From Candidatus Altiarchaeota archaeon (lineage in GTDB: Archaea > Altiarchaeota > Altiarchaeia > IMC4 > SCGC-AAA252-I15), in the NCBI GenBank assembly GCA_043800255.1, contig JAZDNF010000008.1:32001-96000 (forward strand): 64,000 nucleotides of DNA, read 5' to 3'. Position 1 is the first letter of the stretch; the number at the start of each line of letters is the position of its first letter. A program made the translations under genes and the position numbers. Under the pieces are notes generated by a model that was not told the origin of the DNA, did not search any database, and saw only the letters and a program-made list of their open reading frames with translations. Below are positions 46,151 to 60,336 of this stretch, in pieces.

Positions 46151-47406
46151 TGAGCATACTGGTAGAGGACGTCCTGGTCGACGGAAAAGAGACCAGCATC
46201 TACGTCGAAGAGAACGTCATAACAGAGGTTGGGAGAAAACACGACGCAGACGTTACCATAGACGGAAAAGGAAAGGCAGCCATACCTGGGCTAATAAACG
46301 CGCACACCCACGCTGCCATGACGTTGATGAGAGGATACGCCGATGACTTGGAACTCCACGACTGGCTTCAGAACCACATATGGCCGCTGGAGGCGAAACT
46401 GAAGGAGGAGGACGTCTACTGGGGCGCGAAACTCGCATGCCTTGAGATGATAAAAACTGGCACAACATGCTTCAACGACATGTACTGGCAGCCGGAGGGA
46501 ACTGCAAAAGCTGCCGAGGAGATGGGCATAAGAGGAGTCATATCAAGCGTGTTCATAGACCTCTTCGACAATAAAAGAGCAGAGGAGCAGATAAGAGAGA
46601 ATGAGAAGCTGATGCCGCGGCTCAGGAAAAGATACTCGGACAGGATTGTCCCGGCCCTGGGGCCGCACGCAGTCTACACGGTCTCGAAGGACAGTCTGGA
46701 TTGGATCAGAGAATACTCGCAGGAGAACAACACGCTCATCCACTTCCACCTCGCTGAAACGAGGAAGGAGAACGAGGACTGCCTGAAGCGGAACGGGAAA
46801 AGGCCGATACCATACCTCGATGGGATAGGCTTCCTAACTGACAAACTGGTAGCCTGCCACAGCGTCTGGCTGACGAAGGACGAGATCAGGACGATGGCTA
46901 AACACAACGTTAAGGTCGCCAACAACCCCACGTCGAATATGAAACTTGCGACTGGGGGGGTCATAGCATACCCTCAGATGAAAGCTGCCGGGATGACTGT
47001 AGCATTGGGAACAGACGGCTGCGCGTCAAACAACAACCTGGACATGTTCGAGGCGATGAAATTCGCATCACTGCTGCAGAAAGCCCACCTGTGGGATCAG
47101 ACGGTGATGCCGGCGAAGGAAGCCTACCAGATGGCAACGACAGAGGGAGCTAAAGCCCTGAACCTCAATGCAGGAGCCATAGAAGAGGGCAAACTGGCTG
47201 ACATAATCCTGATAGACCTGAAGAGGCCGGAGCTGACGCCGCACTATAACATCCACTCTGACCTGGTTTACGCTGCAAACGGATCATGCGTTAACACGAC
47301 AATATGCGATGGAAAAGTGCTCATGGAGGACAGAAGAGTGGAGGGGGAGGAGAAGATAATGGAGAAGGCTTCAGAGGTCGCTAAAAAATTGGTGAAAAAT
47401 GCTTGA
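46147..47406 (+). CDS. mtaD: MTA/SAH/5'-deoxyadenosine deaminase (amidohydrolase)
   Basis: PGLINAHTHAAM, PHAVY, HFHLAET, SNMKLA, GTDGCASNN. Confidence 0.88.
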   Translation: MMSILVEDVLVDGKETSIYVEENVITEVGRKHDADVTIDGKGKAAIPGLINAHTHAAMTLMRGYADDLELHDWLQNHIWPLEAKLKEEDVYWGAKLACLEMIKTGTTCFNDMYWQPEGTAKAAEEMGIRGVISSVFIDLFDNKRAEEQIRENEKLMPRLRKRYSDRIVPALGPHAVYTVSKDSLDWIREYSQENNTLIHFHLAETRKENEDCLKRNGKRPIPYLDGIGFLTDKLVACHSVWLTKDEIRTMAKHNVKVANNPTSNMKLATGGVIAYPQMKAAGMTVALGTDGCASNNNLDMFEAMKFASLLQKAHLWDQTVMPAKEAYQMATTEGAKALNLNAGAIEEGKLADIILIDLKRPELTPHYNIHSDLVYAANGSCVNTTICDGKVLMEDRRVEGEEKIMEKASEVAKKLVKNA

Positions 47407-47962
47407 AATGCTGAAAAAATCATTGGAAGAGGCGCCTGTGATGAAACGCGGAGAATACAGCTACTTCATACACCCTCTCACGGACGCAATACCCAGAATA
47501 CAGCCTGAACTCCTGGACGAGGTCGCGGAGGCAATCATAGAAAACTCTGAGATGGACGTTGACACGATACTGACGATGGAGGCCATGGGAATCCACATCG
47601 CAGCCGCCATCAGCCTGAAGACAGGCCTGCCGTTCAACATCATAAGGAAGAGGGAATACGGCCTGCCGGGAGAGGTCGTGCTGGACCAGAGCACAGGCTA
47701 CAGCAAGGGGAAGATGTACATCAACGACATCCGCAAGGGAGACAAGGTGACCATAGTGGATGCAGTGATAAGCACTGGCGGGACACTCAACGCGGTCATA
47801 AAAGGGCTTGAGAGGATTGGAGCGGAGATAAAAGACATAATATGCGTCATCGAGAGAGGAGACGGCGTGAAAAAAGTAATGAAGGAGACAGGTTACAAGG
47901 TAAAGACTCTAGTCAAGATAGAGGTTGACGGGAACGTCAAAATAGTGAAGTCAATAGGCTAA
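47399..47962 (+). CDS. hpt: Archaeal hypoxanthine/guanine phosphoribosyltransferase
   Basis: YSYFIHPLTD, EAMGI, RKREYGLPGE, VISTGGT. Confidence 0.9.
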   Translation: MLEMLKKSLEEAPVMKRGEYSYFIHPLTDAIPRIQPELLDEVAEAIIENSEMDVDTILTMEAMGIHIAAAISLKTGLPFNIIRKREYGLPGEVVLDQSTGYSKGKMYINDIRKGDKVTIVDAVISTGGTLNAVIKGLERIGAEIKDIICVIERGDGVKKVMKETGYKVKTLVKIEVDGNVKIVKSIG

Positions 47963-48138
47963 GGCAGCCTGTCCAGAAGGTCATCGGGGACGCTGTCAAC
48001 CTTCCTGCCCTGCAGGCACTCCCTGCAGATACCGCCAACAGTGATATCGTTGGGGCAGACCCGCCTGCCGCACAGAGGGCAGGTTAGCAGCTGCTTGGCT
48101 GCGTCACCGCATATGTCGCACAGCCCCGCCGAATTCAT
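47959..48138 (-). CDS. Small zinc-finger protein (59 aa, absent from ORF track)
   Basis: Manual translation MNSAGLCDICG...TCPLCGRRVC...GICREC. Confidence 0.75.
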   Translation of the reverse strand: MNSAGLCDICGDAAKQLLTCPLCGRRVCPNDITVGGICRECLQGRKVDSVPDDLLDRLP

Positions 48139-48139
48139 C

Positions 48140-48562
48140 TTAGCTTGCTTTTTTGAACTTGAGCTGCTCCGGCTTCACCTCAACCTTGGGAAGCTGCATC
48201 GGAGGCGGAAGCTGCAGCTTTCTGGCTATCTCAAGAGACTCCAGGAGGGATTCCCTGACGATTGCAGTCGAAATCTCGGCCACAACGTCCTTCTTCAGCT
48301 CGATACTGTCCTTCGACACCTTGATCATCTTCTCAAGCTCAGAGTTAACGTACCAGAGTCTGCCCTGTACTAGAATGTTCCCGATGTCAGGCTCGTAGTT
48401 GACATCATACTTGAAGGCGACTACAAGATGGTCGCCTATGTTCTTGTCCTTCTCCTTCTTGATGGAGGATATCGTCGACCTCGCGTTAGCCGTAACCCTG
48501 TCCTTGACATCCCCCTTCCGCTCCCCGCTAATCTTCTCAATCTTGATGTTCAGAATTGGCAT
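48140..48562 (-). CDS. Conserved archaeal hypothetical protein
   Basis: F.Y.VNYEP.IG.I...G, LQLPPP.QLPKV; GGTGA SD. Confidence 0.75.
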   Translation of the reverse strand: MPILNIKIEKISGERKGDVKDRVTANARSTISSIKKEKDKNIGDHLVVAFKYDVNYEPDIGNILVQGRLWYVNSELEKMIKVSKDSIELKKDVVAEISTAIVRESLLESLEIARKLQLPPPMQLPKVEVKPEQLKFKKAS

Positions 48563-48610
48563 AGTATCACCGTGTAGCATATATTAGAAGGTCGGATATA
48601 AAAGTCACCC

Positions 48611-49318
48611 TCAGTCGAGGAACGGGTTACTTCTTATGTAGATTTCGCCGAAGAGCTTCTCCTGCCGCAGGTGAACCTGCTCCCTGTTGGAGAGGTGCAG
48701 AAGCGAAAGGAATGTCGAGATTATCTCCCGTTTGGTCTTAGCGAGCTCGGAGAATAGAACAACCTCCTTCTTCGTCAGTAGATCGAGAACCCGGGTGTAC
48801 GTCTCCTCTATTATGGTGTTAAGGTCGAACTCCTCAGACAGCACCAGGACGTTCAACTCCGGCTCATTCGCGGACTCGAAAAGCCTGCTCTTCTTCACAG
48901 AGTACTCTAAGAGGGCCTTCTCTATGGCCCCGATAAGCTCCTCAGCCGTGACCCGCCGCGTTATGACCCTCTTAGGCTTCAGCCCGAACTCCAGCTCGTC
49001 GAGGCCTGCACCGGTGAAGCTCGAATAGTCCGGAATCTCCTCCCCGAAGAAGTACTGGAAGGATGCTGCCAGCTCATTGTAGGGCTCCTTTTCCACTGGG
49101 TTGAGTATGTCAGCCTTCATCCTGAGGAGGACACTAGAAACGAGCACAACATTCGCGGGAATCCTGAAGTTCATCTCCCGCATCTCCTGAACCCGCTTAG
49201 AGTACCGTGTCGCAAGCTCCGAGAGGTCAATATCCCAGGGGTTGCTCTCCTTTATCACTTCGTAGAGTATGTCCCTCCACGTCAGGTCTTCCGATTCGAT
49301 AAGGGTGTCAAAGTCCAT
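48611..49318 (-). CDS. scpA: Segregation/condensation kleisin ScpA
   Basis: NPWDIDL, SVLLRMKA, FLSLLHL, QEKLFGEI. Confidence 0.9.
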   Translation of the reverse strand: MDFDTLIESEDLTWRDILYEVIKESNPWDIDLSELATRYSKRVQEMREMNFRIPANVVLVSSVLLRMKADILNPVEKEPYNELAASFQYFFGEEIPDYSSFTGAGLDELEFGLKPKRVITRRVTAEELIGAIEKALLEYSVKKSRLFESANEPELNVLVLSEEFDLNTIIEETYTRVLDLLTKKEVVLFSELAKTKREIISTFLSLLHLSNREQVHLRQEKLFGEIYIRSNPFLD

Positions 49319-49427
49319 CCTAGAATGATATCACATCAGCCAAAAAACACCCTAGTAGTATATGCACTCCCAGCCTTAAAAACGGAGGGCCTTGTTTTTT
49401 ATCCTCAGTAGTAATAAGTTATGGTGA

Positions 49428-53632
<4,205 letters not shown>

Positions 53633-53828
53633 ATAGTATCACCTGGTTACGTGTTCCAAAAAAAATAAGTAAGAATATCCGATTTTATCCTTATATATGC
53701 GGCGTAAGATTCGACTACGAGAGAATCGGGGCAGGATGGGAGAAGCACATGAAACCCGGGAACGACCTGAAAAAATGCATAAAAGCAGGCTGGCCGTCGG
53801 TTAATAAAAACTGCGGTAAATTACTATT

Positions 53829-55913
53829 GTGACGACCTCCATTTTCGACGCTAAGTCCATTGCAGTCGTAGGCGCATCAAAGGATAAGAGGAAGGTAGGC
53901 CATGCGGTCATCTACAACCTGAAGAGCACATTCAATGGCAGACTCTACCCAGTAAACCCAAAGGAGGACAGGATACTCGGGCTGAAATGCCATCCTACCG
54001 TTAAGTCCATCGGGAAAAAGGTCGACATGGCCGTCATCGCAGTCCCCGCGAAGATTGTGCCCAGCATACTGGAGGACTGCGGGAAATCGAAAATAAAGAA
54101 TGCAGTCATCATATCAGCGGGCTTCAAGGAGGCTGGGAAGGACGGCGGCAAGCTCGAAATCCAGTGCCTCAAGATAGCGAAAAAACATGGCATAAGGATT
54201 CTGGGGCCGAACTGCCTCGGCGTAATAGACACGGAGTCGGGTTTGAACGCGACCTTCGCAAGCCAGAAGGCCCTCAGAGGGAATATAGCGTTCATGTCGC
54301 AGTCAGGCGCCCTCTGCACCGCCATACTCGACTGGGCTGAGAAGGAGAGGATAGGGTTCTCCAAGTTCGTGTCACTGGGCAACAAGGCAGACCTGTCCGA
54401 GAACGACTTCCTGCAGGCCTTCCTCGAAGACAAGAACACGAAGGTGATTCTCACATACCTGGAGGGCTTCGCTAAAGGGGAGGAGTTCATAAGGCTGGCC
54501 AGGCACGTGTCAAAGTCGAAGCCGATAGTACTGCTAAAGGCAGGCCGCACTGCAGCCGGCGCGAGGGCGGTCGCATCCCACACTGGGACCCTCGCAGGCT
54601 CTGACAGTGCATATGACGCTGCCTTCAGGAAGGCCGGCGTGATAAGGGTTGACAACATCGAAGAACTGTTCGACTATGCCATAGCATTCACGACGCAGCC
54701 GATACCGAAGAGCGAGAACGTCGGCATACTAACCAACGCAGGAGGCCCTGGCATAATAGCGACAGACGCGTGCGAGAGGAAAGGCCTGACGCTCTCAACC
54801 TTCAGCCGCTCGACAGTCGCCAAACTGAGCAAGGGGCTGCCGCCGGCAGCGAACATCTACAACCCGGTCGACGTACTGGGTGATGCATTAGAGGACAGGT
54901 ACGAGTACGCGCTTAAGACGATGCTTCAGGACGGAAGCGTCCACTCTATGATAGTCCTGCTCACCCCCCAGCTTATGACAGACTCGAGAAACGTGGCGAA
55001 TGTTATCATAAAGGCTGCGGAAAAAAGCAAGAAGCCGATACTCTGCAGTTTCATCGGAGGCGTCAAAGTGGAGCAAGGCTCCGCACTTTTGAAGAGGGCC
55101 AGCATCCCCAACTACCAATTCCCTGAGAAGGCGGTCAGCAGCCTGAAGTCGCTTGTCACATACAACCAGATAAGGAGGAGGAAGATGTCAAAGCCCCCGA
55201 TGTTCAGATTCAGGGAGGAGCAGATAGGGGACATCATCGGAAGACACGTTAAGGCCGGCAAGGTCAACATCGGCTTAGAGTCGCTGGATATACTTAGACA
55301 CTGCGGGATCAGAACCTGCAGGTCTTTCACTGCGAAAAACGCGGACGAAGCCGTCAGCTTCCAGAAGAAACTCAAGGGACAGGTGGCGATGAAGATCGTG
55401 TCAGATGACATACTGCACAAGACTGACATCGGATGCGTCGCACTCAACGTCAGAGAGCATGATGTGAGGGCAACCTACAACAGGATAGTCTACAACGCCC
55501 TCAGGTACATGCCGCACGCGAGCATCGACGGGGTCCTGGTGCAGGAGATGGTAGGCGACAGCAAGGAGGTCATAGTAGGCGTGAGCAAGGACCCGCAGGT
55601 AGGCCATCTTGTGATGTTCGGTTTGGGCGGGATATACGTTGAAGTCCTGAAAGACGTCTCATTCGGCGTTACCCCCCTGACAGATGATGAGGCGCTCAGC
55701 ATGATAGAGGACGTCAGAGGCTATGGCATACTGAAGGGCGTCAGAGGCGAGGCGCAGTCTGACATCAGCTCCATAAAGGACGTGCTCCTGAGAGTCTCAC
55801 AGCTTTCAAAAAGATTCCCGGAGATTGTCGAACTCGACATTAACCCCTTGAAGGTTTTCGAAACAGGAAAAGGATGCGTCGCAGTTGACGCGCGCATAAT
55901 ACTCAAAAAATGA
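53829..55913 (+). CDS. acdAB: ADP-forming acetate-CoA ligase, fused alpha-beta
   Basis: AVVGAS, GPNCLG, SQSGA, ASHTG, NPVD, LHKTD, ELDINP. Confidence 0.88.
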   Translation: MTTSIFDAKSIAVVGASKDKRKVGHAVIYNLKSTFNGRLYPVNPKEDRILGLKCHPTVKSIGKKVDMAVIAVPAKIVPSILEDCGKSKIKNAVIISAGFKEAGKDGGKLEIQCLKIAKKHGIRILGPNCLGVIDTESGLNATFASQKALRGNIAFMSQSGALCTAILDWAEKERIGFSKFVSLGNKADLSENDFLQAFLEDKNTKVILTYLEGFAKGEEFIRLARHVSKSKPIVLLKAGRTAAGARAVASHTGTLAGSDSAYDAAFRKAGVIRVDNIEELFDYAIAFTTQPIPKSENVGILTNAGGPGIIATDACERKGLTLSTFSRSTVAKLSKGLPPAANIYNPVDVLGDALEDRYEYALKTMLQDGSVHSMIVLLTPQLMTDSRNVANVIIKAAEKSKKPILCSFIGGVKVEQGSALLKRASIPNYQFPEKAVSSLKSLVTYNQIRRRKMSKPPMFRFREEQIGDIIGRHVKAGKVNIGLESLDILRHCGIRTCRSFTAKNADEAVSFQKKLKGQVAMKIVSDDILHKTDIGCVALNVREHDVRATYNRIVYNALRYMPHASIDGVLVQEMVGDSKEVIVGVSKDPQVGHLVMFGLGGIYVEVLKDVSFGVTPLTDDEALSMIEDVRGYGILKGVRGEAQSDISSIKDVLLRVSQLSKRFPEIVELDINPLKVFETGKGCVAVDARIILKK

Positions 55914-56965
55914 CGACCGCTGTAGTATATCATGAGGGCTGCCTCAAGCACAGGCAGCTGCCAGGACATCCTGAGACACCGGAGAGGCTGAAGTCTACGA
56001 TGGAATACTACGCGAAAAAGGGGGTGCTAGACCATGTGAGACTGCTGAAGCCTGAAAATGCCACTCTGGAGGACATACTTAGAGTCCACGACATAAAACT
56101 AGTAGAGCATATAAGGGAGCTGGCAGAAGGAGGAGGCGGGAGCATAAACTCAGACACATACGTGAGTCCTGAAACCTACGACGCCGCCCTATTGACTGCG
56201 GGAGGCGTTAAGCTCGCTGGAGAGGTTGTCATGACAGGCGAATACGATAATGCGTTTGCGCTGGTGCGCCCCCCAGGACACCATGCTTCAAGGTATGAGG
56301 CAACAGGCTTCTGCTACTTCGACAACGTTTCGGTGATGATAAAGTACCTGCAGCAGAGATACGGCCTGAAGAGGGCGCTAGTTTTCGACTGGGACGCCCA
56401 CAACCCCAACGGCACGATGGACACCTTCTACCATGACCCCACAGTGTTGAACGTCTCGATACACCAGGACCCGCACACACTGTACCCCGGGACAGGGTTC
56501 GTTGAGGACATCGGAGAGGGCAGCGGCAGAGGGTACACCATAAACCTTCCCGTGCCGGCTGGCACAGGAGACGCAGACTATATGCACCTCATAGATGAGG
56601 TCATAACGCCTGCCGCAGAAAGGTTCAGACCCGAACTGATAGTGCTTTCGGCAGGCCAGGACTCACATAGGGATGACCTGCTCTCAGGGCTGTCAGTCAC
56701 AGAGGCAGGCTATGCCGCCATGACCATGAGGTTCATGGAACTGGCTGAAGAGCACTGCAACAGGAGGCTTGTGGTCGAACTCGAGGGAGGATACAATTTG
56801 AACGCCCTCAGAGAGTCGAACTATATGATAATCTCAGCCCTTATGGGAATGAAATTCCTCCCCAATATAACCGGGAAGGTGAGGGAATCAACGAAAGAAC
56901 TGGTAAAAGAATACAATGAGGTGATGATGTCTGCCAGAATATGGGCCGACGCTCCAAGAATATGA
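55910..56965 (+). CDS. Zn-dependent histone deacetylase family protein
   Basis: HPETPERL, RPPGHHA, GFC, DWDAH, SAGQD, LEGGY. Confidence 0.93.
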   Translation: MTTAVVYHEGCLKHRQLPGHPETPERLKSTMEYYAKKGVLDHVRLLKPENATLEDILRVHDIKLVEHIRELAEGGGGSINSDTYVSPETYDAALLTAGGVKLAGEVVMTGEYDNAFALVRPPGHHASRYEATGFCYFDNVSVMIKYLQQRYGLKRALVFDWDAHNPNGTMDTFYHDPTVLNVSIHQDPHTLYPGTGFVEDIGEGSGRGYTINLPVPAGTGDADYMHLIDEVITPAAERFRPELIVLSAGQDSHRDDLLSGLSVTEAGYAAMTMRFMELAEEHCNRRLVVELEGGYNLNALRESNYMIISALMGMKFLPNITGKVRESTKELVKEYNEVMMSARIWADAPRI

Positions 56966-58017
56966 AAGGCATACTGATAAGCTCCACGGAGCCCTACTCC
57001 GGGAAAAGCGCAATCGTCGTCGGGCTGACGCTCGCGTTGAGGAAGAGAGGATACGACGTCGGCTTCATGAAGCCTGTCGGCAACCTGATAACAGACGTTG
57101 ACGGCGTATTGTGCGACGAGGACACGCTTAAGATAATAGACGCCTTGAGGATCAGGGAGCCGCACGAGCACGTGTGCCCCATCCTGCTGACCGACAGCCT
57201 GCTTGTTGACGTTCTGAGCGGGCAGAGCAAGAGGATAAAGGAGAAAATCAGGGAAGCCTACGACAGACTGAAGAAGGGCAGAGACGTGATGCTGGTCGAA
57301 GGCCTTGGAGATTTCGGAGGCGGCGCAATGATGGGCCTATCCGACATCGACATGGCGAAACTCCTCGATCTGAGGATACTGCTGATAGTAAAATACGGCT
57401 CAGTGTACGCGGTCGACAGCCTGCTCAAGGACATCAGTTTCATAAAAGACAGGCGGACGCTTGTCGGAGTAATCCTAAACGACGTCAAGCCGGCGCGCAT
57501 GAACGAAGTCAAAACCAAGGTGAAGCCATTCCTGGAGAGGAGAGGCTTAAGAGTATTGGGCATACTGCCGAGGGACGACATACTGCGCTCGATAAAAGTC
57601 TCCGACATAGTGGAGCAGCTGCACGGGAAGGTCCTCGCAGGCGAGGACTACCTTGACAACCTTGTCAGGAACATAGTCGTCGGAGCCATGGAACCGCACA
57701 ACGCACTGCGCTTCTTTAGGAGAGTAGACGACAAGATTGTGGTGTCAGGCGGCGACAGGTCTGTCGTCCTGACCGCGGCACTGGAGACGTCTACAAAATG
57801 CCTGCTGCTCACCGGAAACCTTAAGCCGACCGCCCAGCTGCTCGCGAGAGCGGAGGAGAGGCACGTGCCTGTGATACTAGTGCCTGACGATACCGCATCG
57901 ACTGTCTACAGGCTGGGGGAGATGCACTCCAGGATAAGAGTCTCAGGCAGCAGGAAAGTGAGCAGGATGAAGTCCATGGTGGAGAAGAACGTAGACCTGA
58001 AGGCGATACTGAGATAG
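56962..58017 (+). CDS. Phosphotransacetylase N-terminal family protein (BioD-like P-loop + DRTGG)
   Basis: SGKS, FMKPVG, LVEG, GGDR, LTG; lacks PTA catalytic domain. Confidence 0.88.
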   Translation: MKGILISSTEPYSGKSAIVVGLTLALRKRGYDVGFMKPVGNLITDVDGVLCDEDTLKIIDALRIREPHEHVCPILLTDSLLVDVLSGQSKRIKEKIREAYDRLKKGRDVMLVEGLGDFGGGAMMGLSDIDMAKLLDLRILLIVKYGSVYAVDSLLKDISFIKDRRTLVGVILNDVKPARMNEVKTKVKPFLERRGLRVLGILPRDDILRSIKVSDIVEQLHGKVLAGEDYLDNLVRNIVVGAMEPHNALRFFRRVDDKIVVSGGDRSVVLTAALETSTKCLLLTGNLKPTAQLLARAEERHVPVILVPDDTASTVYRLGEMHSRIRVSGSRKVSRMKSMVEKNVDLKAILR

Positions 58018-58043
58018 CGGCGCGTAGACAACGGAAACCAAGT

Positions 58044-58454
58044 TCACCTATCGTGAAAGATGCAGGATAATGCGTCAGATACGATTTTCCAGTGGTCGAA
58101 AGCCAGTTCCGGGAGCTTTTCCACGTCGAACATCCTGCACTCGGCAGCGTCATCGCCTCCGGCAGGCTCACCCGACAGCCTCTCGCAGAGGAACACTATG
58201 GAAACGCTGTGGCCTCTCGGGTCTCTGCCAGGGTCAGAGTATACGCCCAATAGCTCTCGAACCTTCACCTTAATGGAAGTTTCCTCATAGACTTCTCTGA
58301 CGACGGCATCCTCGACCCGTTCACCATATTCGACGAATCCGCCAGGAAGAGCCCACATGCCCTTAAACGGCTGGTTCCCCCTCCTGATGAGGAGTATCTT
58401 ATCGTCTTCGACGACCACACCGTCAACCATCAGACTCGGCTTCCTATCGTCCAT
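58044..58454 (-). CDS. NUDIX hydrolase (ADP-ribose pyrophosphatase-like)
   Basis: WALPGGFVEYGE...REVYEET, RDPRGH, LAFDH. Confidence 0.92.
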   Translation of the reverse strand: MDDRKPSLMVDGVVVEDDKILLIRRGNQPFKGMWALPGGFVEYGERVEDAVVREVYEETSIKVKVRELLGVYSDPGRDPRGHSVSIVFLCERLSGEPAGGDDAAECRMFDVEKLPELAFDHWKIVSDALSCIFHDR

Positions 58455-58492
58455 CCTACAGAAGTTAGAACAATTTTACTAGGTGCTGTTGA

Positions 58493-58701
58493 GGCGACTT
58501 CGTTGCGCTCAGCCCCATCGCAATACTCCTCTTTAGGGTCGTCGAGAGGGCGAAGCCCACGAAGACGGCCCCTTTTCGCCAGCCTCCCAATCGACCTTTG
58601 GTCGATGTTGGAGAGCTTGAAGCTCTCCGACTTTCGGGAAGCGAAGCTTCCCAAAATGGGCGCAAGTTGCCGAAGGCAACTTCGCGTTTGTTAAAAGGCT
58701 G
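58493..58701. repeat. Nested hairpin-element cluster 3' of tRNA-Val
   Basis: Outer element 58573-58585 + 58687-58701 split by 101-nt multi-hairpin insert; module 58493-58516 matches reverse complement of 9914-9938. Confidence 0.85.
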
Positions 58702-58703
58702 AG

Positions 58704-58777
58704 TGGGCCCAGCCGGATTCGAACCGGCGATCTTCGCCTCGTAAAGGCGACGTCATAACCAGCTAGACTATGGGCCC
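58704..58777 (-). tRNA. tRNA-Val(TAC), intronless
   Basis: GGGCCCA/TGGGCCC acceptor, TCGCC-TTTACGA-GGCGA, GGTTCGAATCC. Confidence 0.96.
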
Positions 58778-58826
58778 TGACGTATAGGAGGTATTATTAT
58801 GGGATATGCGGGTTATAAATCTTGCG

Positions 58827-59363
58827 CTAGATTGTTGTTGTGGTTGTTACTATTGTGGTCGTTGGAGGTGGCGGTGGCGGCCCTCCGATGGTTATGCCAG
58901 TGTCCAATGAGGCGCATGTGCTGTAGTCGACGTCTATGCCGACGACTGCTGCGAATTCCACAATAGCTAATACTATGAGAGCCCCGATTATCGCGTTTTT
59001 TATGTACTCTTTGCCTTCGGATCTCTTTTCCGGGTTGTCGGCGTTTACGGTGGTGATTATCACTCCCAGTATTAGCATTATCACAACAAGTGCGGGCGTG
59101 AGGAGTAGGAGTATGCAGAGTAGTCGGCCGACTGCGACAAAAGAGCGCGGCAGACAGGCTGTGCTCCCCCCCGCAAAGCATTGTTTGTTGCCTTGGATGT
59201 CGGCGAAACCGCAGACCTCTCCGGACGCGCATAGATTTGGACCGCACCTGCAGGAGTAACTGCTCGGTGAGGCGCAGTTGTCAGCGCATCTAATCTCTTG
59301 CGCCCCAGCATATCCTATCGCACTTGAGAGGATCAGGATGAGGATTAGAAAGTTTTTTGTCAT
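58827..59363 (-). CDS. Secreted Cys-rich protein with TrbC/VirB2-like pilin segment
   Basis: Signal peptide; Cys cluster; TM - NPEKRSEGKEYIKNAIIG - TM; Pro/Thr tail. Confidence 0.6.
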   Translation of the reverse strand: MTKNFLILILILSSAIGYAGAQEIRCADNCASPSSYSCRCGPNLCASGEVCGFADIQGNKQCFAGGSTACLPRSFVAVGRLLCILLLLTPALVVIMLILGVIITTVNADNPEKRSEGKEYIKNAIIGALIVLAIVEFAAVVGIDVDYSTCASLDTGITIGGPPPPPPTTTIVTTTTTI

Positions 59364-59365
59364 AT

Positions 59366-60292
59366 TTATTCGAATTCTATCGTAGCCGGGGGCTTGTTTG
59401 TCAGGTCGTATAGTACTCTTGTCACTTTGGGAAGCTCTCTTGGTATTCTGTCAGCTATTTTTCGCAGGATTTTCCAGTCAACTTCTTGCGCGTTCGCTGT
59501 CATAGCATCCAGTGAGTCGACGATCCTGACGCATATCATGTGCCCATAGTCTCTTGAGTCTCCTTTGACGCCTGTCACCTTCCCTTCCAGGAGGACTGCG
59601 AAAGCCTGCCAGGATTTCAGGCGGGCTTTGTCAACCTCATCTTTCACTATCGCATCAGCCTCTCGTACTAGGTCTACCTTCTCAGGAGTTATCTCTCCTA
59701 CGACGCGGACCGCCAGGCCAGGCCCTGGGAAGGGCATTCTCTCGCTTATCTCCTCGGGCAGGCCCAGCTTGCGGGCGACTATCCTAACTTCGTCCTTGTA
59801 CAGCTCCCTGAGGGGTTCGACGATTTTCAGCTTCATCCCATGGGGGAGCGTCACATTGTGGTGGGATTTTATCTTCCCGCCGGTTTCAATCCAATCCGGG
59901 GCTATGGTGCCCTGCACCAGGCATTTGGCTTTCTCCTTCTTCGCGTGCCGTTCGAAGACTTCTATGAACTTGTGTCCTATGATCTTCCGCTTCTCCTCCG
60001 GGTCGGAGACGCCGTTCAATTCTTTCATGAACTCCTTGCCCGCGTCCACAAGCCGGAAGTTCAGGTGGAACTTCCCCTCAAACGTCTTTTTTATCTCATC
60101 AGCCTCGCCCTTCCGCATGAACCCGGTGTCAACGAAAATAGAGACTAAATTGGCTCCGACGGCCTTGTGAGTCAGCACCGCGGCCACAGAGGAGTCCACT
60201 CCCCCGGAAAGGCCGATAATCGCCTTACCACCGCCGATATCCGCCCGGATTTTCTTCACAGCATCATCGATAAAGGCCTTCGCATCGAACAT
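59366..60292 (-). CDS. guaAB: GMP synthase subunit B (ATPPase)
   Basis: LSGGVDSSV, IKSHHNV, LYKDEVR, PFPGPGL, KPPATIEFE. Confidence 0.95.
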   Translation of the reverse strand: MFDAKAFIDDAVKKIRADIGGGKAIIGLSGGVDSSVAAVLTHKAVGANLVSIFVDTGFMRKGEADEIKKTFEGKFHLNFRLVDAGKEFMKELNGVSDPEEKRKIIGHKFIEVFERHAKKEKAKCLVQGTIAPDWIETGGKIKSHHNVTLPHGMKLKIVEPLRELYKDEVRIVARKLGLPEEISERMPFPGPGLAVRVVGEITPEKVDLVREADAIVKDEVDKARLKSWQAFAVLLEGKVTGVKGDSRDYGHMICVRIVDSLDAMTANAQEVDWKILRKIADRIPRELPKVTRVLYDLTNKPPATIEFE

Positions 60293-60336
60293 GTTATCTT
60301 ATGACAGTATGGATTTTAAAGCAGAGCCTGTTGAGA

